Source of the DNA: Felis catus
Lineage: Eukaryota
Length of the DNA stretch: 64,000 nucleotides
Direction: 5' to 3'
Assembly (NCBI RefSeq): GCF_018350175.1
Contig: NC_058368.1
Span: forward strand, 161,078,001 to 161,142,000
The notes beneath the pieces were generated by a model that was not told where the DNA came from, made no database searches, and saw nothing but the letters and a program-made list of their open reading frames with translations. The position numbers were made by a program, and so were the translations under genes. This document shows, piece by piece, positions 52,941 to 64,000 of this stretch (its first letter is position 1; each line of letters starts with the position of its first letter).

Positions 52941-53840
52941 TCATGAATTTTAAATGAGACAACTGTGATTTTCTCCAGCCATCTTCAGTTGGGCAGGTTT
53001 CATTCACAAAGTAGAGAGAACTAGAGTTGGGGTTTTGCAAGTGCTGACATGAAATGAAAGAAATGAAAGAAAATTGAAGTTAGACAGGAAAAAAATTATT
53101 TTAATCATTAACCATGGAGTTTTAGCTGGTAAGCAATGAAGCGAAGACATCAGATTTGTGAAGGACAATAAACATTGGCCGTATTAACGAAAGGTCGATC
53201 TTGATGGAAGTCAAAAGATTGTTTAAATCAGAGCATTAGAGGAACTAGGCTGGGATAAAGAGGTTATTTGAAGAACAGGATTCTTTAATGTGAACTTACT
53301 GTAGTAGTAATAATTGACTGTGATAATGTGAATTACAGTGATTCTTTTGTAAACTGAAACAAAATTAAAGCAGATCACAAAACTCTAGGGTGAGTCCTGA
53401 GCTTTTGTATTTTTAGGTGTTCCCAGATTATTCAAGTTTACAACCAGAGTAGAAAAACCTACCCTATGGGAATGAATAGTTGAAGTAGCATGGAAGTTGA
53501 AAACATTTGAGGAACTGGGAGAGCAGAGAAAGAATCAGCTACATCTGTAGCAGGACTTTAAAAGCACTAAGATTCACAACAGGGCTAGTGTTGAAGATAA
53601 TGATGGTGATCTAGCTGGAGAGAAGGGTAAGTAATCCCCAAGTGGATACTAAGTTTATAGTTGATGGCATGCGATTCAAAGCTGAAGTGGTTTAGTTCTG
53701 TTTTTGAGAGAGGAGGGATGGAGAATGGCTTTGAGGCATCAATGAGGAATTAAAAGGTCTCTCACTCAGAGGTTGAGGGATATGGGGAAACAAAAAGCAG
53801 TCACAAAACCATTTGACATGAGGAGGCTGCATAATGTCAA

Positions 53841-54038
53841 GGCACCTGAATGGCTCAGTCAGTAGAGTGTCCGACTTTGGCTCAGGTCATGATCTCACAG
53901 TTCGTGAGTTCAAGCCCCACACCTTGCTTAGATGCTATCAGCTCAGAGCCTGCTTCAGATCCACTGTGCTCCTCTCTCTCTGCCCTTACCCTGCTCACCT
54001 GCACTCTCTCTCAAAAATGAATAAACATTAAAAAAAAG
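53841..54038 (+). mobile_element. CAN-SINE (SINEC)
   Basis: ggcacctgaatggctcagtc...ctcaaaaatgaataaacattaaaaaaaa. Confidence 0.93.
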
Positions 54039-54669
54039 ACAATGTCTATTTTTAGGAAAGGGCCAGAAGTCTTAGGAGTTTTAGTTATCCTTAAAAGCTC
54101 ACGACTTCCGGAAGGCCCAGGGGTGTGTTCTAGAAGTTAGACATTATGGGAGTTGGAGTCTGAAAACAAGTTCCTCAGAGCTACATGAAGATGGGAGATA
54201 GAATAGGAGTCTGAACTTCTTAGGTTAACAGACATGTACAGAGATAAAGGGCATAACTGTTCCTGGTGTCAGCTACTTAATAATATAAGTAAATTGCTTT
54301 GTTTTGTTTTTAAATAATGCATCCTCTCCCAAAATATCTGATTGTTACATGAAAGCTTAAAAAGCAAATTATATTAAATTTAAAAATAGGTACTGTAAAC
54401 AAATTACAAAAACATTTAGATAGCCAGTGTCCTAAAATTATACTTTTAAACTTTTTCCCTGAACCAAGACTTCTTGGGCAAGGAATCCAATGGTCTCTGT
54501 ACTTGGCTCCAGCCCTGACAGACACTTCAGACTCCTCATTGTCAACAAGAATATTGTTATCCTTTCTTCTCTGTGAGGAATTCAGCCTCTGTTCTCAGTG
54601 TTAAACAGTAATTATAACATGTTAAGCTGTACAATACACTATCCAGCATAGCCATAAGGGACATTAGCT

Positions 54670-54970
54670 TTAGATCTAAAGCTTAAAGACCTGGGTTTAG
54701 ATCCTACTTCTGTTACTCCCTAGCGTGTGACCATGGACAAAGACAAGTATCTCAGATCTTCAGTTTCTTTGTTTATTAAAGTGGGTTGTTACGGTATTTA
54801 CCAAATGTGGGGGGTTGCAAGAATGTGAGAAGTCATGTAAAAGCACAATATATGGTATGTATTATCTATTCACTAAAACTGCTACTTTTATCATCTATCT
54901 CTGCCCACAACACTCTTGTAATGTGGATGGTGTTACCATCACTTCACAGATGAGGAGACTGAGGAACACA
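54670..54970. mobile_element. Two MIR fragments (plus strand, then minus strand)
   Basis: gacctgggttt...tagcgtgtgaccatggacaa...cagtttctt; then cacttcacagatgaggagactgagg. Confidence 0.65.
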
Positions 54971-55899
54971 GCCAATGGCAGGACCATGCTGAATCACACA
55001 TATCGACTTCCTCACGACGCAGCTTACTTCTTTTCAGTTGGCATGGTGGCAGATCACCCTCTCTCTCAAGATTGACTCACAAGTACAGAGAGGACAGGGC
55101 TCATTATCCTAGAACTTCTTCAAAAAGAACTCCTCTAAAGGGAAACTAGAGTTAGCCCAGGGAAAGAAGCCTTTGTCTCACACTGTGTCAGGACTTGCCA
55201 ACAGTCTAATAACCCCAATGCTCCTGGTTGCTTAGAAAACCCAAGGGCACAGGATCACATATTGAAATTAATTCCTAGGATACTAGATAGACAGATAGAT
55301 ATAGATATAGAATTAGGTACATACATATACATAATTAGATACTATTATATAGTTTCTGGAAGGGGAATCGATCAGCTAAATTCCAAATTCTAATGACTAT
55401 ACGGATATGATTACTAATAAAAATAAATAATATAGACTGCATATTAAACTCAAAGGCTCAGAGATTAAGCAATGTGAAGAGTTACAAAGCAGGAGGCTGT
55501 TATGTTGCATTTATGGAGAGTTGTTTCAGCAGCAGCTGTTTTTTAGAAATCTATCTGAGAGGACAGACTAAGACTTGGAACAATTTTCTTTGATGATAAA
55601 TCTAGTTATATCTCCATATATTTAATAAAATTCTTTTTAAGTAAAATGGATTAAGACTGCCTGTGTTACATCCCCCTTCTAAGCAACATTCAAATTCATT
55701 CTTTTTCTTGTATATGAAAATGTAGACCCTGTGTACGTTTAATTTTAAAACGAGTTCCACAAGAATAAAACTAAAAAAAAAAAAAAAAGTCTTTGCTGAT
55801 AAATTTGTCAGCTTCCCTAAAAGAGAAATATCCTTTCTTCATATACGACCTAGATGTTGTAATAAGAAAGTAAATATGATATGCTGTGTGCTTGTTACT

Positions 55900-56060
55900 A
55901 TGATGTCAGGCACTTCTGGGCTAAAATTCTGATATTATCACTTATTTAAACTCTCTAAGATTCTGTTCCTGAATTTTAAAAATGATAATAATATAATTAA
56001 CTCATAAGGCTGTTGCAGTGGTTAAATGAGATAATAGAATCAGCATCTAGTGATCATTCT
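55900..56060 (+). mobile_element. MIR fragment
   Basis: cacttatttaaactctctaag...aaaatgataata...ctcataaggctgttg...ttaaatgagataat. Confidence 0.55.
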
Positions 56061-56625
56061 ATATTATTTGCTAGTGGTGGGAGTAATAACATGGAGGAAA
56101 TATTTTTATTATAAAATAGTCATTACACTTTATGACTGTAGGTAGAGAAAGACTAAGATTTCCCCAAAACCTCAGCACAAAAGAATTCCATATCCACCTT
56201 CTCTGAAGTCTGAAACTTTTGTGGCTCACCTCCACTCATCTCTGGGGCTGGATTTGCAATGTAAGTCTCATTTTGTTAGTTGTAGTGCCGTCACTTTGGT
56301 CTTTATTTATTCTACATCTATCACTCTTAATAAAGAAGAAATTTAACAAAAACCAACCAACCAAACAAAAAAGACAGGTTAGAAAATGCTAGCTGCATTT
56401 GACTGTAAAGAAAGCAGACAAAGAAAGCCATATCCAGAACATTTCTAGCTTACCAAAACAAAGTAAGATAGAAGACATGGCCTACATCAAGGACACATTC
56501 AGTGTTTACAAATTAGTCAATGGGAGGGAGTGATTACACTGTCCAGGGCATGGGACTAGTCATTGTATGTTACTCATTTTAATCCCAGAGGAAGGTTCTG
56601 GTGTTTCTTTGTAACAAGTAATGGA

Positions 56626-56836
56626 GGGGCACCTGTCTGGCACAGTTAAGTGTCCGACTCTTGATTTCAACTCAGGTCACAGTCTCACAGTTCATGGGAT
56701 CGAGCCCTGATTAGGCTCTGCACTGACAGTGCAAGACCTGCTTGGGATTCTCTGCATCCCTCTATCTCTGCCCCACCCCCTCTCTCTCTCTGTCTCCTGC
56801 TCTCTCTCAAAATACATAAAGAAACTTAAAAAAAAT
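56626..56836 (+). mobile_element. CAN-SINE (SINEC)
   Basis: ggggcacctgtctggcacagttaag head to A-rich tail. Confidence 0.92.
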
Positions 56837-57017
56837 AATAATGGGGATAATAAGATTCAGACAGGTGAAGGCTATGGAGGACACAGGATACACAATGGCA
56901 GAGAAATCATCCTAACCAGTCTTTCCTGTCTACACAGATCAAATTATTTCTTCTATTTCAGGCTGCAATTTCTCTGAACATGATAACTTATAGTTTTCTT
57001 TAGATGGAATAACTTGG

Positions 57018-57154
57018 AAATGGGTGATGGGCATTGAGAAGGGCACTTGTTGGGATAAGCACTGGGTACTATATGTAAGCAATGAATCACAGGAATCTAC
57101 CCCCAAAACTGTATATATACACTGTATGTGAGCTAACTTGACAATAAATTTTAC

Positions 57155-57201
<47 letters not shown>

Positions 57202-57223
57202 AGCTAACTTGACAATAAATTTT
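57018..57223 (+). mobile_element. Feline L1 extreme 3' end with duplicated terminus
   Basis: aaatgggtgatgggcattgag...gcactgggt...gctaacttgacaataaatt, with the terminus present twice. Confidence 0.88.
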
Positions 57224-57246
57224 ATATATATATGTGTGTATATATA

Positions 57247-57295
<49 letters not shown>
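57153..57295. repeat. (TA)n/(TG)n microsatellite complex
   Basis: Directly visible. Confidence 0.9.
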
Positions 57296-57298
<3 letters not shown>

Positions 57299-58212
57299 TC
57301 AGGACAGTTGGATAGGGACTCCTGACGCTTGGGAGCCTTACACTGTTTAGACTTTGATTGAGCAACTGCATTTTTTCCCAGCTCACCATGGAATGGATCA
57401 TGAAGACTGACAACTGCAAAAACAAACAGCAAGCAAAAAAGGGGGGGGGGGACGGCGGCTCATTTGATAAGTCATATGCTACAACAGGGTCATTTTAAGA
57501 TTTAAAGCTTGAATGTAAAATAAATATATTTCTCACTGGCTTTATGCAGAGTTATAGGGAATAGTATTCAGTGTGAGTAGGGTGATAGGAACAAAAACCG
57601 ATTTCAGAGGATGGGGTGGGGAAAGAAAACAAAAATATCTTACAGGAAGTCCAGATTCCAAAGGGGAAAGTGATCTGTGCATGTTTTCTTTTTTTTTAAA
57701 TATTTTTGCATATATTTACCATTTTACTGTGTGTATATATAGATGACCATTTAGTAAATTGATACTTGTAATAGTGGATTTGTTAATACATTTTACATAA
57801 CATTACTGTTTAAATTGTAAACAGATTTTTCTTAGGATTAGTTTCAAAAATAATCTGAATTGTCATCTTAACATCCATATATAGGGAAGTGATTAGTTCT
57901 ATTATTCAATTTGTTTTCCTCAGCATTGAAGTGACTTACTCTAGAACCCTTGTGACCTGCTGCAAAAATTTTTCCTCTAAAGAAAAGGTTTATGGTGGCA
58001 AATGACGTTTTATTTTGTAAAAAAAAAAAAAAAAAAAGAAAAAGAAAAAAATGTACTATGTACTTTTGTGTATACACTGAAAAGCTCTGGTCATCTCTAA
58101 GAATTAACTTGCAACTGTTTTCTATAGTGCTGTCATCTTGGGCAATGGGCAATTACGTGACTTTGATTTTATTTCCTTTGCAGTCTTGTTTTGTTTTGTT
58201 TTTTTTCCTAAT
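57296..58212 (+). pseudogene. Probable retroposed fragment of a cellular mRNA 3'UTR (parent not identified)
   Basis: No resemblance to any repeat I recognise. It has 3'UTR texture (internal A, G and T runs, tgtactatgtacttttgtgta, tttttgcatatatttacc) and starts abruptly after an L1 tail, with no upstream exon or splice site. Confidence 0.55.
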
Positions 58213-58849
58213 GATACTATAAGTGGGATATCTATATATATCTATATCTATATTTATATCTATATCATCTATATATAAAGTTGGAAAGCTTTCAGAGCAA
58301 AGGAGAATATGCAGCATATTTCCCATTGCGATGCATAAAGTGTACATTATACCTTATGAAAAATGGGAAACTACATTTAAGTCATAATTACTAGTATCTC
58401 TTATGATGGGAAATACCAAGCTTATTATTTCCCTTAAGTATAAATCTGTGTATTTACTTTAAATTAAGTAAATGTGCCATTTTTGTAAGTCAAAAGTTAT
58501 CAAATACTGGCAATTGTATACAGTTCAATCAAAAATAGATTTTACCCTTGTTAATTCAACGACATTTTATTTAGTTCCTGTGTTTATTTGGGAGGGTGAC
58601 AGATATTTTAAAATATTTTCAAAATGTTATATATTCATTACTTGTCAATACTTGTCATGTAATATGATTGAAAATGTGATTATATTCCTTTAGTAAATAG
58701 AAAATGGGGTGTAATATTTCATAGTTAAAATTTAATTAAAACTTTACCTTTTTATACTAAAGGATTTTGTCTTTATATGTGTGTGTGTGTGTGTGTGCCC
58801 CTGCATATGTCAGCTGAGGATTTAAGGGAAATTAGCAAAAGTGATAATA

Positions 58850-59055
58850 TTTTTATTATTAATTTTTTAACATTTATTTATTTTTGAGAGACAGAGAGAG
58901 GCAGAGCATAAGCAGGGGAGAGGCAGAATCCAAAGCAGGCTCCAGGCTCTGAGCTGTCAGCCCAGAGCCGGATACAGGGCTTGAACCCACGAATGGCGAG
59001 ATCATGATCTGAGCCAAAGTTGGACACTTAGCCGACTGAGCCACCCAGAGACCCC
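58850..59055 (-). mobile_element. CAN-SINE (SINEC)
   Basis: Antisense SINEC; imperfect TSD aagtg(a)ataatattt. Confidence 0.93.
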
Positions 59056-59823
59056 ACAGAAGTGAAATAATATTTAGAAAAGAGAATCAGGAATGTTCAA
59101 CAAAGACTTGTTAGTACTTACAGAAAATGATATGAGAAGTGTTTGGGAATGCTTGTTGATAAAAACTGTCATTTTAACTCCATTAAGATAGTCTCTTTTC
59201 CCCAAGCTGCTTTAATGTATTAAAATACACTCTATATTAGATGAAAAAATGGAGAAAGTTATCAGTAATATTCTAAAAAATAAAAACATATAACCTGATT
59301 ATAGATGAGATTTTTTTTTAAATTTATGATGTGAATGAAAAATGGTTACATTTACAAGTTTATCAAGCAAAATGTCCTAAGCTCAAAATATTCCTTCATG
59401 TGATTCTGCTATAAAGAAAGGAGATGAAACACATAAGTGCTCTACAGTATAATTAAATTATTTTTGTTAGTAGTCATAGTATCAATATTACTGTTATATT
59501 CTAGGCATGTGGGCACAAAGGGTAATGATACCAATGTTTATTTTTAATTAAAAGACAGTGTAGAGAATTCTGCCCCAATTTATTGTGTCCCTTACATTTG
59601 TGAAAATCTCAAGATGGGAACATGCTCTGTGGCACTTTATCCCTTGAATTGATCATGTCGTCTGGCAGCAGAAAATGTTTAATTATCCTCAAACTTGATC
59701 TCCCGTTTCTGCTAGATAGAACATTATGTTCAGAGCTGGGAAAGAAATTAGACATGTAAACAATCTATTTGCATTAGCTCTTCTTAATCTAATGTGCAAT
59801 TTAACTCCTTTACAGCTTCTCTC

Positions 59824-60050
59824 TTTTTTTTTTTTTATTTTTTTTTTCAACGTTTATTTATTTTTGGGACAGAGAGAGACAGAGCATGAATGGGGGAGGG
59901 GCAGAGAGAGAGGGAGACACAGAATCGGAAGCAGGCTCCAGGCTCTGAGCCATCAGCCCAGAGCCTGACGCGGGGCTTGAACTCACGGACCGCGAGATCG
60001 TGACCTGGCTGAAGTCGGATGCTTAACCGACTGCGCCACTCAGGCGCCCC
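59824..60050 (-). mobile_element. Young CAN-SINE (SINEC_Fc)
   Basis: Near-consensus copy, long T tract, perfect TSD acagcttctctctt. Confidence 0.98.
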
Positions 60051-61779
60051 AACAGCTTCTCTCTTAAAATACTATTGACTTTCTTAAGAGTCTAGCCTTG
60101 ATAGAGCCTGAGTTAGCTTCCTGTACGGTCTTGACTTAGATACTGATTTTCAAAATGTAGCAAGGCACAAATTAGGTGAATCCATTCACAGCTTCGGGAT
60201 ATTCAAATGTTTTATTTCACAAACAGTAATATTTAGATATGTATCCTAAATATTTAAAGAGGTTAGATATTAAAAAAATACCAAATTTTTAAAAATAGTA
60301 TTTGTAAAATCTGGGGGCACAATTCAGCTTTAGGACCAATCAGAATCATTTTACTTCACTCATTACTTACACTAAGTGGACACAAGTAATTCTTAAAAAT
60401 TGAAATATATTTCTTAGATTTATATTCACAAAATGCTGAAACTAATTTGTTCATCTGGCAGCTTTCCATTCTGGATCTCTATACAAGCAGACTTTGAGGT
60501 TTCTTGGGAGCCTCCCCTCAGGTATCTAAGGAGCCTCACTGACAGTAAATTACAAAAGCATATTTCACAAGGGCCATTAATAAAAATGCACAGTGACATG
60601 TCAAATTTGATCCAGCAACTTAATGATGCTATAAGTGGGATATAAAATAAGGGAGAACATTCATACACTTCAGGACAGAGTAAGATAGGCCCTGGTATTT
60701 ATATAAAGTGTTCATTAAGAGAATTGCTTGAAGATTCTTTTAAAAATGGAAATTAATATGATGAAGTTAATATGAGATTGCCATTTATCTTTAACTGATA
60801 GTCACAATACCCAATCAATAGAGATGGTTTTAAATAGGGCTCATATAACTATAGACATAGGAACCAAATTTAAACCATAATTTGGTTAATAACAAAGGAC
60901 TTCAGGATTAATTCAACTAGAGCATGTTATACTCCAGAAGTAGAATATAAATAATGTACAAATCTCTACTTCGCAGATGCACAGAATATTTCTTAAATTT
61001 GATATGGATGAATAAAAGTATAATTAGCTAAATGAAGAATTCAATGCACTAAAAGGCAAACAAAAAAAACATTGTTCAAAGGAAGATAATCCATTCATCT
61101 TCCCAATGGTGTGTATTTCAAATCTTTAATATAGAACATGTCATTTGCATGTTGTGTATTCAAAAGTAATGTATTATCTACTCTGCATTCTAAACACTGG
61201 GAATAAAAAGTTGTATATATGTATTCCAGGAGCTCATCGGCCCTAATGATGATTGACAGGCAAGCCAAATATTATGATATTTCATGGTAAGTAGCTTAGC
61301 TATATTATGCTATCAGACCACAAAGATTGATCACCAAGTTCAGCCCAGGAGTAGAATGATTTTAAAAGTTTATACTTAAATGGAGGCAGGTCAGAAAAAT
61401 AAGACTAAGTTCAAGAATGGAAAGGAAACATTCTTTTAAATATGCAGCATGCATATTACACTTTTTCAAATTTTATATCTCCTTCTAATAGGCAACTGAG
61501 ACCAGGAATTTTGTCATTTTCATTTTTATATCTATGATTTTGTAATTTTTTTACACAAGATGTTCAATCAAGAGTCTTAAAAGAGTAAAATGAAATAAGT
61601 AAATCCATCTGATCAGTCACTGCCTGTATGCATATCCAAAAACTGAAGATACATACTTAATACATGCTGAATGAAAATCAGCAAAGTCAGAAGAGATTAA
61701 GGACAAAAAAATAAAGCCAATAAATAGTATGCTAAATAAAATGGACTTATGAGAAGTGATGTTAACATATATTAAAACA

Positions 61780-63000
61780 CAGGAGTTTGGAAGTACACTG
61801 AAAACTATTTGAGTTGAAATAAGAGGGGAGAAATAAAATCACAATACGGGACTAAGCTGCAGGGACTATATGCTGTATTCCTGCTATTGATAAGAAACCT
61901 GTGAGAGCATCACATCAATGATGAGCAATTTGAACAGATATAGAAAGAGATGATGAGTCTCAGATGCAAGATAGACCATTTTAATTAACATATAAGAAAA
62001 TTAACTGTTAAGCGAAAGTGTACAATGGGCTACCTGGCTGAAAAGCAGAAGCACAAGGAATTCATCTGCCTGCAGCATGGGATCAATGTTGTAACAGAAG
62101 AAAATGACAGAGAAAATACAGTAATTCCTCAGCTCTCTTTCATTTCAGACTATTCTGTCCAAAGAATACTCATAAAGCTGTAATGGAGACAACAAGCAGT
62201 ATCTGGTGGGGTTTGAGTCCTGAAGAAAAACAGATGGCCTTCAGAAAGAGACACACCAATTTTTTAAATACTTTGACTTGGGCAAATTATATTCCTACAG
62301 CATTCATATAGAGATAAGATGCCTGAAGTGATGGCAGTAAACCAAGAGGACAAACGAGAATGAGAAAGCTAAAAAAGAAATACTAGATGAAGACAATCCT
62401 GATTACAATTAAGTATACTCTCCACAGTACAAATTTTGAGATTCCCAATATTCTCAAGGAGAATTCTGTAATGGACCATTTAAACTATTCCTCTCCTTTG
62501 AGAGGGTTGCAAATATGAAGGAAAGCCAACTTGGTATTGTCTGGAGATGTGCATAGGAAACTAGTTTACTTTATTTTTTAATTCCTTCCACATTCACTTC
62601 CCTGCTTGGCAATGTTTTTTGAAACCTTTCTATGTGCTGGCCAGGAGTAAGGATTAAAATTTTTCAAAAAAAAAAAAAGTGATTCATGGGAAATACCACA
62701 TTTGGGTTCAAGCAATCAACTGTAAGCATAAACAGTTTTTCTAGTCTTAGAGGTGGGAGGAGACATAATTTAAAAATATACGGCATTCCTATTGTTCAAA
62801 AAGGGCCACTGTTTTCTTGAAAAAATTAAAAACCTTCTTTATTTTAGAGGTACTTGAGGTGGCTGTTTGAACTTTAGCCTAAAGAACAGAAAGAAGTCTT
62901 CAGAGGGAGCATGACAACTCTTCAAACAGGTGGTGGCGGACTGTCATGTGGAAAAGAGAGTAAACACAAGATCTAGAAACAAATGGCAAAAAGTTTATTT
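61780..63000 (+). mobile_element. Highly degraded L3/CR1 fragments
   Basis: TI*VEIRGEK at ~61805 resembles the CR1 endonuclease; tttagcct...catgacaactcttcaaa...ctgtcatgtggaa at 62870-62955 resembles the L3 3' region. Confidence 0.45.
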
Positions 63001-63761
63001 GATTTATCTAGATTGAGAACAGTACATGATCCTCTACTGAGCAATCCATGCAGAAGCTAGAGACTACTTATCGATGACTTGTTGGTGACAGTATAATGGT
63101 TAAGTTCAAATGACTCTTCATGTTATTTTTAAACTGAGAATTACAATATTCTTTTAAAGTTTTATAGTCCTTTAATAGTCTCATGCTTAAAAAGTTACTT
63201 GGAGCGAACACTGGCAATAAGTAGATTCATTTAAAAGTCTTTTTATAGAAAATTCAGATTTATATAATCTTGAAGAGATATTATCAAGAGACCATATAAT
63301 TGTCCATGATTTTCAAAATGGTTTATTCTGAGAACAAAGACTGATTGTTCGTATTTCCTGAAGGACAATGGGTTGAAACAATATATGAAGAGCTAGAACA
63401 GACTAATAGACTCTTGTTATTTTTAAGTGCTGGTTAGGCTTCAAAGAGAGGCTATGAAACTTTGATCACAGATCTTCTATGATAGTATAGCATCTATTTT
63501 GGAGGTTTTAGAGATTCACCTGATCATCCATGTTTCAGATAGTGTATATGTTATCGTCATGGCTTCTTCTATTCCTCTGGTGGTTCAAAATTCCCTCTTG
63601 TGTGTTCTAATAGTTTCAGGCTCCTGCTGCTGTTGGAATAGCTTCTCCATTGGTAAGCTTCTCCATTGGTAAATTTTGCACAATTTAATTTTATGATGGT
63701 GATTAGTGCTTTATTGGTTCTTTTTTGTTAAAGTCCCTAACTTTTATCCTTTTGACATTAG

Positions 63762-63984
63762 TTTTATTTTATCTTACTTTTTTAACATTTATTCATTTTT
63801 GGAAGATAGAGACAGAGCGCAAACAGGGGAGGGCTAGAGACAGAGGGAGACACAGAATCTGAAGCAGGCTCCAGGCTCCAAGCTGTCAGCACAGAGCCTG
63901 ACACGGGGCTCGAACTCACAGACCGCGAGATCATGACCTGAGCCAAAGTCAGACGCTCAACCGACTGAGCCACCCAGGTACCCC
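63762..63984 (-). mobile_element. CAN-SINE (SINEC_Fc-type)
   Basis: Full antisense SINEC; imperfect TSD ttgacat(t/c)a. Confidence 0.96.
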
Positions 63985-64000
63985 TTGACATCATTTTTAA

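Noticed and set aside
60433..60645. 70 aa ORF in unique sequence
   Set aside because: Short, no recognisable homology and no splice or promoter context; expected by chance.
63640..63671. Short perfect tandem duplications (agcttctccattggta x2; also 17204-17239 and 35021-35049)
   Set aside because: Ordinary slippage duplications with two copies and no spacers; not CRISPR-like or otherwise structured.
1015..63984. Recurring short ORFs of the MAQSV...TSAQVMIS...SLEPASDSVSPSLS type, resembling a peptide family
   Set aside because: All are translations of CAN-SINE copies.
1..64000. A novel multi-gene system, CpG island/promoter, numt or intact endogenous virus
   Set aside because: There are no long ORFs, no CpG-rich unique region, and no mitochondrial or gag/pol/env-like sequence visible.

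Overview
Mammalian genomic DNA from a felid or other feliform carnivore, judged from about 32 tRNA-derived CAN-SINEs (including near-consensus SINEC_Fc-type copies) and carnivore-type L1 3' ends. The window is AT-rich, CpG-poor and repeat-dense, consistent with an intergenic region or a very large intron. I find no supportable protein-coding exon, RNA gene, CpG island or prokaryote-type system. The ORF track entries are SINE/L1/LTR/microsatellite artefacts or chance ORFs. Older repeats include L2, MIR, L3/CR1, L1MC/ME/MB, LTR16, a two-LTR MLT1 element, an ERV1 solo LTR and MER63. The most interesting signals concern retrotransposition and duplication. They are: a probable L1 3' transduction with its own AATAAA, poly(A) and TSD (30.06-31.03 kb); a ~0.9 kb mRNA 3'UTR-like retro-fragment fused to an L1 tail (57.0-58.2 kb); a ~400 bp L2/L1MC1 junction duplicated 35.5 kb apart (3.4 kb and 38.9 kb); a twin-primed 5'-inverted L1; tail-only insertions; and nested and inverted SINEs. 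I see no evidence of a new biological system. Family names come from recognising consensus sequences by eye, not from a database search, and boundaries are approximate.
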